IMG/VR virus record: IMGVR_UViG_3300027759_000050
Coordinates: 96,680-160,679 of that record
DNA: 64,000 nucleotides
From: a virus
Strand: one strand, 5' to 3'
Positions 29,147 through 37,823 of the stretch are shown here, piece by piece. Within the stretch, counting starts at the first letter, position 1. Every line of letters begins with the position of its first letter. The notes beneath the pieces were generated by a model. That model saw only the letters and a list, made by a program, of their open reading frames with translations. It was not told the DNA's origin and made no database searches. The position numbers and the translations under genes are program-made.

Positions 29147-30177
29147 TCCGATTCTTGCATAATGTCACCTGACGTAACACTATACTTCTCCTCAACGAAT
29201 TTCATAAATGTTGGATCTTCCAAAATAGAGGTCCAGAAATCTTTGGTATCAGTGTCTTTGATTCGGTATTTTTTATCTTCAATTTCACCAGTTTTAGGAT
29301 CAACTTTAGAATACCAACCATTTGTAGGTTTCACTACATGTTTTGATTCAAGGGCAATGTCAAGTAAGCCAGACCACTTGCTAATACCGCCATCAAAAGA
29401 TACAGAAACAGGAATTTTAGATTTTTCTTTAACATAACGTGATTTTTCTACATTGATAATGAAATTGTAACCGACAATCTCGGTGCCTTCTTTTTCTTGT
29501 TGGCGACCAAGAATGAAAATATTATCGGCAGAATAATAAGAACCTGTACCACCACCTACAATATCTTTAGGAAACATTCCAATTTCTTTGTAAGTATGAT
29601 TTACTACAACCATTGGAATATCTTTCAATGACAGGTGTGGAGTCACCATACGAAACAAGGATTTAACTTGTTTAGCACGGCTCATATCTGCTACTGATTT
29701 TCCATCCAATGCATCCTCAACTTCTTTCTTTGAAGCAAGATTACCAATAGAATCGATAACGATGATAAGGTGTTCACCACGTTCCAATTCTGTCAGTTGT
29801 TTCATAATATCAAACTTTAACTGTTCAATGTCGGTAAGAGGAGTATGCAACACCCTATCGGTATCAATACCGAATGAATCAAAGTAAGATTGAGGAGTGC
29901 CAAACTCAGAATCATAAAATAGTAAAGCTGCGTCATCATATTTGTCCATGTAAGATTTTGCCATCAATAAACTGAATGCTGTCTTAAAGTGTTTTGATGG
30001 ACCTGCCCACATTGTAAGACCTGGTGTTAAACCGCCGTCGAGTTTTCCCGATAGTGCAACATTGACAATAGGCACTCCAGTTGGAATCATATCTTTGTTT
30101 AGAAAGAATTTTGATTTTGATAGAATTGCAGAATCTTTGATGCTGCTGTTCTTTTTGATTTTATCTAATATACTCAT
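29143..30177 (-). CDS. uvsX: RecA-like recombinase
   Basis: GPSKHFKT, YDSEFG, IDSIGNLAS. Confidence 0.96.
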   Translation of the reverse strand: MSILDKIKKNSSIKDSAILSKSKFFLNKDMIPTGVPIVNVALSGKLDGGLTPGLTMWAGPSKHFKTAFSLLMAKSYMDKYDDAALLFYDSEFGTPQSYFDSFGIDTDRVLHTPLTDIEQLKFDIMKQLTELERGEHLIIVIDSIGNLASKKEVEDALDGKSVADMSRAKQVKSLFRMVTPHLSLKDIPMVVVNHTYKEIGMFPKDIVGGGTGSYYSADNIFILGRQQEKEGTEIVGYNFIINVEKSRYVKEKSKIPVSVSFDGGISKWSGLLDIALESKHVVKPTNGWYSKVDPKTGEIEDKKYRIKDTDTKDFWTSILEDPTFMKFVEEKYSVTSGDIMQESE

Positions 30178-30185
30178 ATTGTTCC

Positions 30186-32729
30186 TTAATTAAAAAAGTC
30201 ATCTAGTGTCGTTTGTTTCTCTGTTGACCAACCCATGCAATCCAGAATAATCTTAATTGGTTCCAAGAAAGTCTTTTCGAATTGTGTATTGTAATCGATA
30301 TATTTTGAAATGTCAAATTCTTTTGGCAATCTTGTTGGATAGGAGATAACCGTATCTTTGAATGGATTTGGCATAATCAAATATGAAAACTTAATCTTCT
30401 CACCTTCTTGAATCAAAGGATACTTCTTGGTCAACTTCATTTCTCTGAGATAATGATTGTAAAGAATTGCGCCCTTGACATGAATTGGTGTACCAGATTT
30501 GTATAAACTATTACTATCGGAGTATTTACTTAGGCCATTTAATCCGCGAGGGAATGAAATGTCTTCAGGTGGAAGTCCAGTAAAGTATTTTTTAAAGTCT
30601 GCAATAAACTTATGCATGTCCAACTCTGTGCCAGAAATCATAATTTGAATAGACTCTCGCATCTTTGACCGAACGGCCGCAGGCGTGGAAGACTTAATCA
30701 TTTCAAGACCCATAACTTTCAAGTCAGGTTCATTGTAACGAACACCTTCATTATCATATACATTCATAATGTAACGCTTCTTGGCAGTCCAGATACCTTT
30801 GTCTGCAAGAGCTTCACGTTTCATCTGCATCTTCTGTGCATAACCATGGACATATTCGGCCAATTCATTGAATGACTTATCAATATGTGGTTCAATCTTA
30901 TCTTTACAAACTTTGTCCATAAAATCAATAACTTTGGTCTTAGGCATAGAAACTACACCATCAACACCATATACTTTATTGACCAATGGCCCAAGTTTCA
31001 AGTAAATCGAATCTGTGTCGGATGCAATGACATAATCTTTATCTTCCGTTGACAGAATCTTGTTCATGTATTGATTAATTTTGTTTTCAATCCATCGAAT
31101 CGATAACTGACCAGCGGTAGTAACACCCAAAGCCATCCGTAAGTCATAGAATCTAAAATACTGAGAACCAAGGGCACCATAAGCAGAGTTAAGTGAAACT
31201 TTCTTCGCCAATTGTAGATTATTGAATCGTGCAATTCGTTTTTCGATTTCATACTTTTTGGAAACATCTTTTTCATTTTCATAATCCTGCTTGGCATTCA
31301 ACATCATCTTCTTGAATTTTTTGCGGTCTTGATACATTTCATCCATCATCTTCGGCAAGAAACCTTGAATGTCTGTACGAAAGAATTGGCCGTTTGGTGT
31401 GATAGTTACACCAGACAATTTAGATAAGTCTATTTTACGATGCAACATCTTTTCAACATCAACCCCTTGAGAGAGAACCTGACGCATATCGTCTGTGTAA
31501 TCTTCTGGTTCAATCAAAGTTTCTGGTGAAATATTGTATTGCATCATCAAGTGTGGATACAGAGAATTCAAGTCAAACGATGCAACCCAATCGTGAGCAC
31601 CAACTTGGACTTCTTTTACATATGCACCTGCAAACATTCCATCTTTTTCATGTGTCTCTTTTGGAGGAACAATGATATTGTCCTGTAACAGTCGATTATA
31701 TGTAAGTGCATCCCACATGCGGGTCTGTGCAAATATATCTTCGTAGTTACATTTGGTATCGTATGCAAGAGTTAGTCCCAACTCCAGCAGTTTCAACTTT
31801 TCTTCAAGACGGATAATCAGTTCAACGTCTTTAATGTTGTACTCAATAAACTTCTGATAATTCAACCGATACAATTCGTGTAGGTTATCATACTCGTCAT
31901 AAGATAGTTTATTTTCACCAATCTCAGCTGAAGCAATTGCATCCAAACGATAAGACTCCTGTGATTTACCATCAGGAGCATACCATTTGTATAGTTCAAT
32001 ATAATCAAGTGATGAAACACCTGTAATATCATATGCAGTCATAGGACGGCCATTGATAACAGTCTTGCGTTCACCGATGTATTTCCATGGTGACAGTAGT
32101 TTGGTTTCTTCTTCGCCGACGATTTTGCGGAAACGATTAATCAGATATGGAATATCGAAAAACTTTGTATTCCAACCAGTCAAAACATCAGGACAGTTAT
32201 TTGTCCAATGTTTTAAGAATCTTTTGCACAAAGTCCATTCATCTTTACATTTAACGTATACTTCATCACCTTGTACAACATAATCACCGCAGCCGAACAC
32301 CAATGTAAGTCCATTGATATATTTCAAACAGATTGCTGTGATAGGCTCATTCGCAAGATAAGGATCAGGGAAACCGTTTTCAGAACCGACTTCAATATCG
32401 ACCACACCAATAACGACCTTATCTTGTTCCCAATCGACCATACCTGGATGTTGTTCACCGATGAAGGCGTACTCATAACGATTGTTTCCATAGATTTTTG
32501 GCGCACCGGCAACATCTTTAAAGCCCTTGATGTACTCACGAGCTTCATTGATGTTATCAAAACGCTTGCGGTCTAAGGTTTTACCATCAAGTGTTTTATA
32601 CTTGCCAGTTTTACTGCGAATATAGAGTGATGGTGAATAATCAACTCTTTGTTTGACCCTTTTTCCATCAATAACGCCTCGGTAAAGAATACTGTTACCG
32701 ACACATTGTACGTTTGTATAAAATCTCAT
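30186..32729 (-). CDS. gp43: family B DNA polymerase
   Basis: Exonuclease DIE, FDIPY, YNIKD; polymerase SFDLNSLYP, KVSLNSAYG, SDTDS, KKRY. Confidence 0.98.
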   Translation of the reverse strand: MRFYTNVQCVGNSILYRGVIDGKRVKQRVDYSPSLYIRSKTGKYKTLDGKTLDRKRFDNINEAREYIKGFKDVAGAPKIYGNNRYEYAFIGEQHPGMVDWEQDKVVIGVVDIEVGSENGFPDPYLANEPITAICLKYINGLTLVFGCGDYVVQGDEVYVKCKDEWTLCKRFLKHWTNNCPDVLTGWNTKFFDIPYLINRFRKIVGEEETKLLSPWKYIGERKTVINGRPMTAYDITGVSSLDYIELYKWYAPDGKSQESYRLDAIASAEIGENKLSYDEYDNLHELYRLNYQKFIEYNIKDVELIIRLEEKLKLLELGLTLAYDTKCNYEDIFAQTRMWDALTYNRLLQDNIIVPPKETHEKDGMFAGAYVKEVQVGAHDWVASFDLNSLYPHLMMQYNISPETLIEPEDYTDDMRQVLSQGVDVEKMLHRKIDLSKLSGVTITPNGQFFRTDIQGFLPKMMDEMYQDRKKFKKMMLNAKQDYENEKDVSKKYEIEKRIARFNNLQLAKKVSLNSAYGALGSQYFRFYDLRMALGVTTAGQLSIRWIENKINQYMNKILSTEDKDYVIASDTDSIYLKLGPLVNKVYGVDGVVSMPKTKVIDFMDKVCKDKIEPHIDKSFNELAEYVHGYAQKMQMKREALADKGIWTAKKRYIMNVYDNEGVRYNEPDLKVMGLEMIKSSTPAAVRSKMRESIQIMISGTELDMHKFIADFKKYFTGLPPEDISFPRGLNGLSKYSDSNSLYKSGTPIHVKGAILYNHYLREMKLTKKYPLIQEGEKIKFSYLIMPNPFKDTVISYPTRLPKEFDISKYIDYNTQFEKTFLEPIKIILDCMGWSTEKQTTLDDFFN

Positions 32730-33037
32730 TAAACGATTAGTTGTTTTGTTGGTGGAAGAACGATACCTGAACCAAAGATTTGGTTATAGTTGGTGATAAA
32801 ATCTTCAGCTGGAGTGTAGTGATATACTACATGTTTCTTAGGTATAGAAATGATACTACCTTTTACTTGTGGTGCATGAATAGGGAATGGTGCGAATCCG
32901 ACATTAGGTTGTCCATTTTGGCCACGAACAACTGCAATACCAACTGGATTCTCTATAATCCATTCTGTTTCTGTAGATGATTGAACTTCTCCAAGAACTT
33001 CTTCGCCTGTGATTAGTTTTAAAACAATTATGTCCAT
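32729..33037 (-). CDS. small Sm-like beta-barrel hypothetical protein
   Basis: VLKLITGEEVLG...YNQIFGSGIVLP. Confidence 0.65.
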   Translation of the reverse strand: MDIIVLKLITGEEVLGEVQSSTETEWIIENPVGIAVVRGQNGQPNVGFAPFPIHAPQVKGSIISIPKKHVVYHYTPAEDFITNYNQIFGSGIVLPPTKQLIV

Positions 33038-33048
33038 TGTATGTCCTT

Positions 33049-33056
33049 TATAAATA
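33049..33056 (+). promoter_or_regulatory. T4-type late promoter TATAAATA for the two plus-strand genes
   Basis: Exact consensus upstream of the only credible plus-strand CDSs. Confidence 0.75.
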
Positions 33057-33075
33057 ATGGCTGATTTGATTAGTC

Positions 33076-33104
33076 AGTATACTATTTTTTGTCAGCTTTG
33101 TCAA
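33076..33104 (-). promoter_or_regulatory. sigma70-type promoter for the gp43 operon
   Basis: TTGACA-17 nt-TATACT. Confidence 0.85.
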
Positions 33105-33122
33105 CATTTTATTGGTATACTT

Positions 33123-33365
33123 ATGGCTACATTTTGGTCTATTGCATTAGTTTCTGCTGGGATTATTACACCAAACATTCAATACGTTGGGCATTTCCAA
33201 AATGAAACTCTTTGCCAAAAAGCCGTTGAAGTTTTAAAAGTCCAACAATTTCCACAGCAGTTGAAAACAATATGTGTTGAATTTCCTGTACCGCCGGAAC
33301 TTCCGCCACCAGCACCACCTAAACCACCATCACAATCGCTTAGTTCCAAGGATGCAAAGAAATGA
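33123..33365 (+). CDS. small Pro-rich exported/membrane protein
   Basis: Start moved to MATFWSIAL; F...C...C pattern; ATGA overlap with next gene. Confidence 0.6.
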   Translation: MATFWSIALVSAGIITPNIQYVGHFQNETLCQKAVEVLKVQQFPQQLKTICVEFPVPPELPPPAPPKPPSQSLSSKDAKK

Positions 33366-33853
33366 TTGATCCGTTTACCGCCTTTGCGATAGCACAAGCA
33401 ACAGTGGCTGGAATAAAAAAAGCAGTTGCATTGGGAAAAGATATAAACGGCCTAATAAATGAATTTAGCAAATTCTATAATGCTGCCGACGAGGTACATA
33501 CTGCCAGTGTTAAATTAAAAGTCCAAAGCATCAGGATGAGTGATGCTCAAATTAGTTCTCAGGCTTTACAGGTGGCTATGCAATCAAGAGCATTACGCCA
33601 ACATGAAAAAGAACTCAAGGATATTCTGTTTTGGTCTGGTAATGCAGATGTTTATTATGAAATGCAAGCCGAACGCTTGCGTATGATTGAAGAACGCAGA
33701 GCTGAAGACCGTCGAATTGAAGAACAAAAACAAAAAGACCGTGAAGCTAAAGTGAGAGCTGTTATGGCCACTTTATGGATTATGGGTTCTCTTTGTATTA
33801 TTATACCATTGTGTACAATACTATTTCAACTGATAACAGTTAAACACTTATAA
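33362..33853 (+). CDS. coiled-coil protein with C-terminal TM helix
   Basis: MIDPFTAFAIA start, coiled coil, hydrophobic C-terminus. Confidence 0.7.
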   Translation: MIDPFTAFAIAQATVAGIKKAVALGKDINGLINEFSKFYNAADEVHTASVKLKVQSIRMSDAQISSQALQVAMQSRALRQHEKELKDILFWSGNADVYYEMQAERLRMIEERRAEDRRIEEQKQKDREAKVRAVMATLWIMGSLCIIIPLCTILFQLITVKHL

Positions 33854-33927
33854 TGGAGCGGGATAAGAGAATCGAACTCTTGACCGAAGATTGGAAATCT
33901 GCTGTTTTACCATTAAACTAATCCCGC
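33854..33927 (-). tRNA. tRNA-Gly(TCC)
   Basis: Cloverleaf, GTTCGA T-loop, U73, encoded CCA. Confidence 0.93.
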
Positions 33928-33932
33928 ATATT

Positions 33933-34009
33933 TGGTTGCAGAGGCAGGATTTGAACCTGCGGTTCTTGGCTTATGAGACCAAGCGGATAGACCACTTCCA
34001 TACTCTGCG
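33933..34009 (-). tRNA. tRNA-Met(CAT), initiator-like
   Basis: Loop CTCATAA; C1:A72 mismatch. Confidence 0.88.
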
Positions 34010-34029
34010 ATATTATATATATGCTCTTT

Positions 34030-34117
34030 TGGTGCGGGAAGAGGGACTCGAACCCTCAATCCTTTTTATCGGCGCCGGGTTTTAAGCCCGGTGTGTATAC
34101 CATTCCACCATTCCCGC
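34030..34117 (-). tRNA. tRNA-Leu(TAA)
   Basis: CCGGG-CTTAAAA-CCCGG, long variable arm. Confidence 0.93.
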
Positions 34118-34180
34118 AATCATTTTGAAATACACAAACATATACTTCAAAATGAGGACTCTTTCGAATCCCCACTGCCA

Positions 34181-35611
34181 TTACAATACTTTGTAACGGT
34201 CATCCATAATGGTTTTAAGCATTATGGATTCTGGCGTAAATTCATCGGTTGAACCAGACAGCAATGGTTTTACGATTGCTGGTGAGAAACCAGAAATTAA
34301 CGCAGTTCCAGACTCATCAAACTTCACAGGTGCATTACCATATGAAGCATTCAAGTTCCAGAATACAACTTTTGGCAGATTGTATCCAGCAACTTTGTAA
34401 GAGCGTTCAATTCCTTGAAGTGCTCCGTCATCATACTGTACACAAGCGTCAAATTGCATATCTGACAGAATCATTACCATCGCTGGCATTTCTTCTTGTG
34501 GAACATTACCTTTGACAGCAACATCCAAGATTTTCTTGAATGCAGCCACCAAATCTGTGTTCATTTCCCAATTAGAATTAACCATTTGGTTAATCTTTTG
34601 GTTAATGTTGCCTTTCAAATTCAACAGTTCTGGCTTGCCAGAGAAAGTCAAAAATGTGTCTTTGAATTTACCTGTGTTTTTATCAGCTAGGTATAGACCT
34701 AGTGACACAGCTACTTCCAAGCAAGTCAACTGAGACTTCGAACCACGGCCACCCGCTGGGCAGGTCATAGAACCAGAAACATCCACCAAAGGCAGAATGT
34801 TTGCATCACCAACATAGTTAGGCAAAGCCTCCCATTGTTTTTGAATCAAGTCCAGTTCGGTCTTGTCAAACGAACCACCATAACATCCAATGCGACCTTT
34901 CAGTACATCATAAGGATACACAGCGCCTGCATTTACTTTGACTTCAGGATTGTCTCCTTTAACCAAAGCTTCAACATACGCTTTGTATGTTTCGGTGTTG
35001 CGGTTGAACGCTTTCTTGTAACGGCTAGCCGCAACAGAAGGAACATGCGAGAAATTAATCCCGTCCCAGTTTTTGGAACACATGTCTTGTTCAACAACCT
35101 TGGTCATTTCGACCAGGGATTTACGGTAGAATTTAGGTGACATTCCGAAGAATTCACGAATTTCAGCCGCAATCTTTCCTTGGCGAGGAGTCCACTTTGC
35201 AGCAAGACCATTTTTTTCACGCAATGCATCACCCAACATAGTGTATGCTACTTTTTTCAAAGCAGGTGTTTGAAAGACAAACAAGTCATCCCAACGGCCA
35301 AGTTCAGGAACTTTAGCTAACATAGCTTTAGCAGCTTCAGGATCATTCTTTTCTAGGTGAACAAGAATGTCACGGAACAATTGACGTTCGCCGGCACCGC
35401 CACGGACATCACGAGCCCATGCAGCTACACGAAGTGCCAATGCCTTATCTTCCACGAATGCGGCGGTGAAGGCTGGAATCACGTTTTTACCGCGTGATGC
35501 ACCAATGTTATAGAACAGGTCAACTACTGCATTAGCAGTTGATTTACGAGCCTTCATACCGTTTGTGGTACGGGCTTCTTGATTAATTACGGCATCTACA
35601 AATGTTGTCAT
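34181..35611 (-). CDS. DUF2828-family protein (helical N-domain plus vWA), Ro60/TROVE-like architecture
   Basis: ARDVRGGAGER, GRWDDL, LAAKW; vWA MIDAS DVSGSM, ILSDMQFD, VFWNL, ISGFS; SD GAAAGGA. Confidence 0.85.
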   Translation of the reverse strand: MTTFVDAVINQEARTTNGMKARKSTANAVVDLFYNIGASRGKNVIPAFTAAFVEDKALALRVAAWARDVRGGAGERQLFRDILVHLEKNDPEAAKAMLAKVPELGRWDDLFVFQTPALKKVAYTMLGDALREKNGLAAKWTPRQGKIAAEIREFFGMSPKFYRKSLVEMTKVVEQDMCSKNWDGINFSHVPSVAASRYKKAFNRNTETYKAYVEALVKGDNPEVKVNAGAVYPYDVLKGRIGCYGGSFDKTELDLIQKQWEALPNYVGDANILPLVDVSGSMTCPAGGRGSKSQLTCLEVAVSLGLYLADKNTGKFKDTFLTFSGKPELLNLKGNINQKINQMVNSNWEMNTDLVAAFKKILDVAVKGNVPQEEMPAMVMILSDMQFDACVQYDDGALQGIERSYKVAGYNLPKVVFWNLNASYGNAPVKFDESGTALISGFSPAIVKPLLSGSTDEFTPESIMLKTIMDDRYKVL

Positions 35612-35632
35612 AATATTTTCCTTTCAAAACAA

Positions 35633-35686
35633 CAGGTTGAACTTTTTTTCGTGATAATGAAAATGAAGTTTGCTGAACTCAACCTA
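35633..35686 (-). ncRNA. Y-RNA-like element 1 (54 nt)
   Basis: Terminal stem AGGTTGA/TCAACCT followed by conserved GTTCAGCAA. Confidence 0.65.
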
Positions 35687-35694
35687 AAAAATAA

Positions 35695-35784
35695 CAGAGT
35701 AGTTTGATTGCCCCACGGCACATCACCAATAGTTGGTAATGCTGGAATCGAACCAGTTAGTTTTGGTTTGCTGAACCTACTCTA
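35695..35784 (-). ncRNA. Y-RNA-like element 2 with YrlA-type permuted tRNA module (90 nt)
   Basis: Stem AGAGTAG/CTACTCT, GTTCAGCAA, T-arm CTGG-TTCGATT-CCAG, hairpin CATTACCAA/TTGGTGATG, D-like arm TGCC-GTGG-GGCA. Confidence 0.75.
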
Positions 35785-35792
35785 AAATACAA

Positions 35793-35920
35793 CAGGATAG
35801 TTTTCTACTTTTTCTTTCAAGTGAGAATTCGAAACTCACATCGGTCTAAGAGATAAGGGTTTGTTGCCTTATCGTTCCCCGGACCATCCTTTAAATAAAG
35901 GTGTTGCTGTACCTATCCTA
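35793..35920 (-). ncRNA. Y-RNA-like element 3 (128 nt)
   Basis: Stem AGGATAG/CTATCCT, GTACAGCAA, three internal hairpins including T-arm-like GTGAG-TTTCGAATT-CTCAC. Confidence 0.68.
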
Positions 35921-35939
35921 AAAATCTAACAATGAACGT

Positions 35940-35968
35940 ATTCTATCAAAATAAGTGTAATTTGTCAA
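35940..35968 (-). promoter_or_regulatory. sigma70-type promoter for the ncRNA array and DUF2828 gene
   Basis: TTGACA-17 nt-TAGAAT, about 20 nt upstream of element 3. Confidence 0.85.
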
Positions 35969-35992
35969 GCCCTTTTAAAAAATATACCGTTT

Positions 35993-36067
35993 TGGTCTCT
36001 CCAGCAGGAATCGAACCTGCATCTTATTCTTAGGAGGAACGTGTTCTATCCATTGAACTACAGAGAG
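35993..36067 (-). tRNA. tRNA-Arg(CCT)
   Basis: Loop CTCCTAA, cloverleaf, CCA. Confidence 0.88.
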
Positions 36068-36068
36068 A

Positions 36069-36146
36069 TGGTACCCCCGCTCGGAGTTGAACCGAGAGGA
36101 TTCTTCCTTTTGAGAGAAGTGACTTTGCCAATTTGTCCACGGGGGC
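36069..36146 (-). tRNA. tRNA-Leu(CAA), short variable region
   Basis: CTTCT-CTCAAAA-GGAAG. Confidence 0.88.
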
Positions 36147-36153
36147 ATAAATT

Positions 36154-36245
36154 TGGTACCAGTGGTGAGATTCGAACTCACTCAAGAACGCTAATCTGGC
36201 GCTAAAAGGTGTATAAGGCCTCTCTGACTACCCAGTCTCACTGGC
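36154..36245 (-). tRNA. atypical tRNA with TAT anticodon (Ile by code), long variable arm
   Basis: Loop CTTATAC, D-arm GACT-GGGT-AGTC, long V-arm, canonical T-arm, ACCA. Confidence 0.75.
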
Positions 36246-36249
36246 ATGT

Positions 36250-36325
36250 TGGTGCAACCTAGAGGAATCGAACCTCTTTCAATGGTTCTTCAGACCACCG
36301 CTATGACCACATCAGCTAAAGTTGC
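36250..36325 (-). tRNA. tRNA-Phe(GAA)
   Basis: GTGGT-CTGAAGA-ACCAT. Confidence 0.92.
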
Positions 36326-36331
36326 AAAATT

Positions 36332-36405
36332 TGGTGCTCTTAACAAGAATTGAACTTGTGTTTCATCCTTACCAAGGACGTGTAATGCCATTATACTATA
36401 AGAGC
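36332..36405 (-). tRNA. tRNA-Thr(GGT)
   Basis: CGTCC-TTGGTAA-GGATG. Confidence 0.92.
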
Positions 36406-36454
36406 AAGTTGTTGACAATTTATCTCATTGTACGCCGTCAACAAAGGCGATATT

Positions 36455-36529
36455 TGGTACCTTGTGACGGGATTGAACCGCCGACCTTCTCCGTGTAAAA
36501 GAGTTACTCTACCGCTGAGTTAACAAGGC
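36455..36529 (-). tRNA. tRNA-Val(TAC)
   Basis: Loop TTTACAC, cloverleaf, CCA. Confidence 0.92.
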
Positions 36530-36539
36530 AAATTTACTT

Positions 36540-36616
36540 TGGGTTGACTAATGGGAGACGAGCCCATTCTATCACTTTCACAGAGTGAGGTGCTAAACCG
36601 TTACACTATAGTCAAC
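36540..36616 (-). tRNA. tRNA-His(GTG)
   Basis: TCACT-CTGTGAA-AGTGA; G-1:C73; non-canonical T-loop CTCGTCT. Confidence 0.87.
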
Positions 36617-36638
36617 CCAAAGTAAACTTTGGAGAATT

Positions 36639-36713
36639 TGGAGCGGGTAGAGAGAATCGAACTCTCAACTTAACTTTGGCAAAGTTATGTGTTGCCACTA
36701 GCACCATACCCGC
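36639..36713 (-). tRNA. tRNA-Gly(GCC)
   Basis: TAACT-TTGCCAA-AGTTA, U73. Confidence 0.93.
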
Positions 36714-36719
36714 ATTTTC

Positions 36720-37208
36720 TTACGCTTCGGCCAATTCTTGTTCAGCCAAAATACGTTTCAACCTATCTGCACAGAAACTTGCTGCAGGTGCATCAGGTTT
36801 AACCATTGGTGTCACATTACATGTACCTTTGATATAACCAATCGCTTGCTGCACAACACAAGAACTTCCGTGTTCAACCGATTTGTTCAAGTCCAAATGA
36901 ACTTCAACGTGACGGTCTTCAAGTACATCAGACATTGCTTGGAACAATTCTGAAACTTTATAAACTTCTGTCATCAGTCGCATAGCAGGTTTGCTTTTCT
37001 TGTGGTCGTAATCCAATTCACGATTAACATAACCAAAGATTTTACAACCGTGGCGGCCGTCAATATGAACAACAACAGCTAATGCGTAATCTGCATACCA
37101 TACGCCATCAACACGCAATCTTTCTGAATCTGCACCAAGATAGATTTTAGTATCTGGTCCTTGATTCACAATGAATTGCTTCACTTTTTCAATATCAAAA
37201 TCTTTCAT
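36720..37208 (-). CDS. RNase H-like YkuK (DUF458) family protein
   Basis: IYLGADS, RLMTEV, EVHLDLN, VKPDAPAASFCAD. Confidence 0.82.
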   Translation of the reverse strand: MKDFDIEKVKQFIVNQGPDTKIYLGADSERLRVDGVWYADYALAVVVHIDGRHGCKIFGYVNRELDYDHKKSKPAMRLMTEVYKVSELFQAMSDVLEDRHVEVHLDLNKSVEHGSSCVVQQAIGYIKGTCNVTPMVKPDAPAASFCADRLKRILAEQELAEA

Positions 37209-37222
37209 ATTACACCACCTTT

Positions 37223-37420
<198 letters not shown>

Positions 37421-37438
37421 ATTTAATACTCCTAAAAT

Positions 37439-37513
37439 TGGCCGGTCCTGAGAGAATCGAACTCCCACTCCTAAGTTCGTAGCCTAGTGTAATATCCATT
37501 TTACTAAGGACCG
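37439..37513 (-). tRNA. tRNA-Arg(ACG)
   Basis: CTAGG-CTACGAA-CTTAG. Confidence 0.92.
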
Positions 37514-37517
37514 AAAT

Positions 37518-37592
37518 TGGTGGTCATAAGTGGTACCGAGCCACTCTCGTCGGCTTATGAGACCGCTACGCATCCGTCTACGTCATATGACC
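37518..37592 (-). tRNA. tRNA with CAT anticodon (elongator Met likely)
   Basis: Loop CTCATAA; deviant T-loop CTCGGTA. Confidence 0.82.
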
Positions 37593-37601
37593 TAAAAACA
37601 A

Positions 37602-37657
37602 CAGAGTAGTTTTTGCTTTTTTTCCATAAAAGTTTTTTGATTGCTGAACCTACTCTA
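37602..37657 (-). ncRNA. Y-RNA-like element 4 (56 nt), detached copy between tRNAs
   Basis: Stem AGAGTAG/CTACTCT plus GTTCAGCAA, A-rich interior. Confidence 0.65.
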
Positions 37658-37661
37658 AAAC

Positions 37662-37737
37662 TGGCTCCTCAGACTGGGTACGATCCAGTGACCAACGGAT
37701 TAACAGTCCGCTACTCTACCAACTGAGCTACTGAGGA
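37662..37737 (-). tRNA. tRNA-Asn(GTT)
   Basis: GCGGA-CTGTTAA-TCCGT; T-loop ATCGTAC. Confidence 0.92.
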
Positions 37738-37744
37738 ATAAAAC

Positions 37745-37818
37745 TGGTCTCGGTAGGAAGAATCGAACTTCCGCTTCATGCTCCCAAAGCACGGGTGATA
37801 CCATTTCACTATACCGAG
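37745..37818 (-). tRNA. tRNA-Pro(TGG)
   Basis: CGTGC-TTTGGGA-GCATG. Confidence 0.92.
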
Positions 37819-37823
37819 AAAAC

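Noticed and set aside
4805-32729. Inteins or group I introns in nrdA, gp41, uvsX or gp43
   Set aside because: All are continuous ORFs of normal length with no insertions or splice motifs.
33057-33122. ORF-track start of the first plus-strand gene at 33057
   Set aside because: This ATG abuts the TATAAATA box and would lie upstream of the transcription start; the ATG at 33123 is more plausible.
35633-35920. Tandem repeats with variable interiors read as a CRISPR array
   Set aside because: Interiors vary widely in length and are self-structured, the ends covary as base pairs rather than being identical repeats, and no cas gene is in the window.
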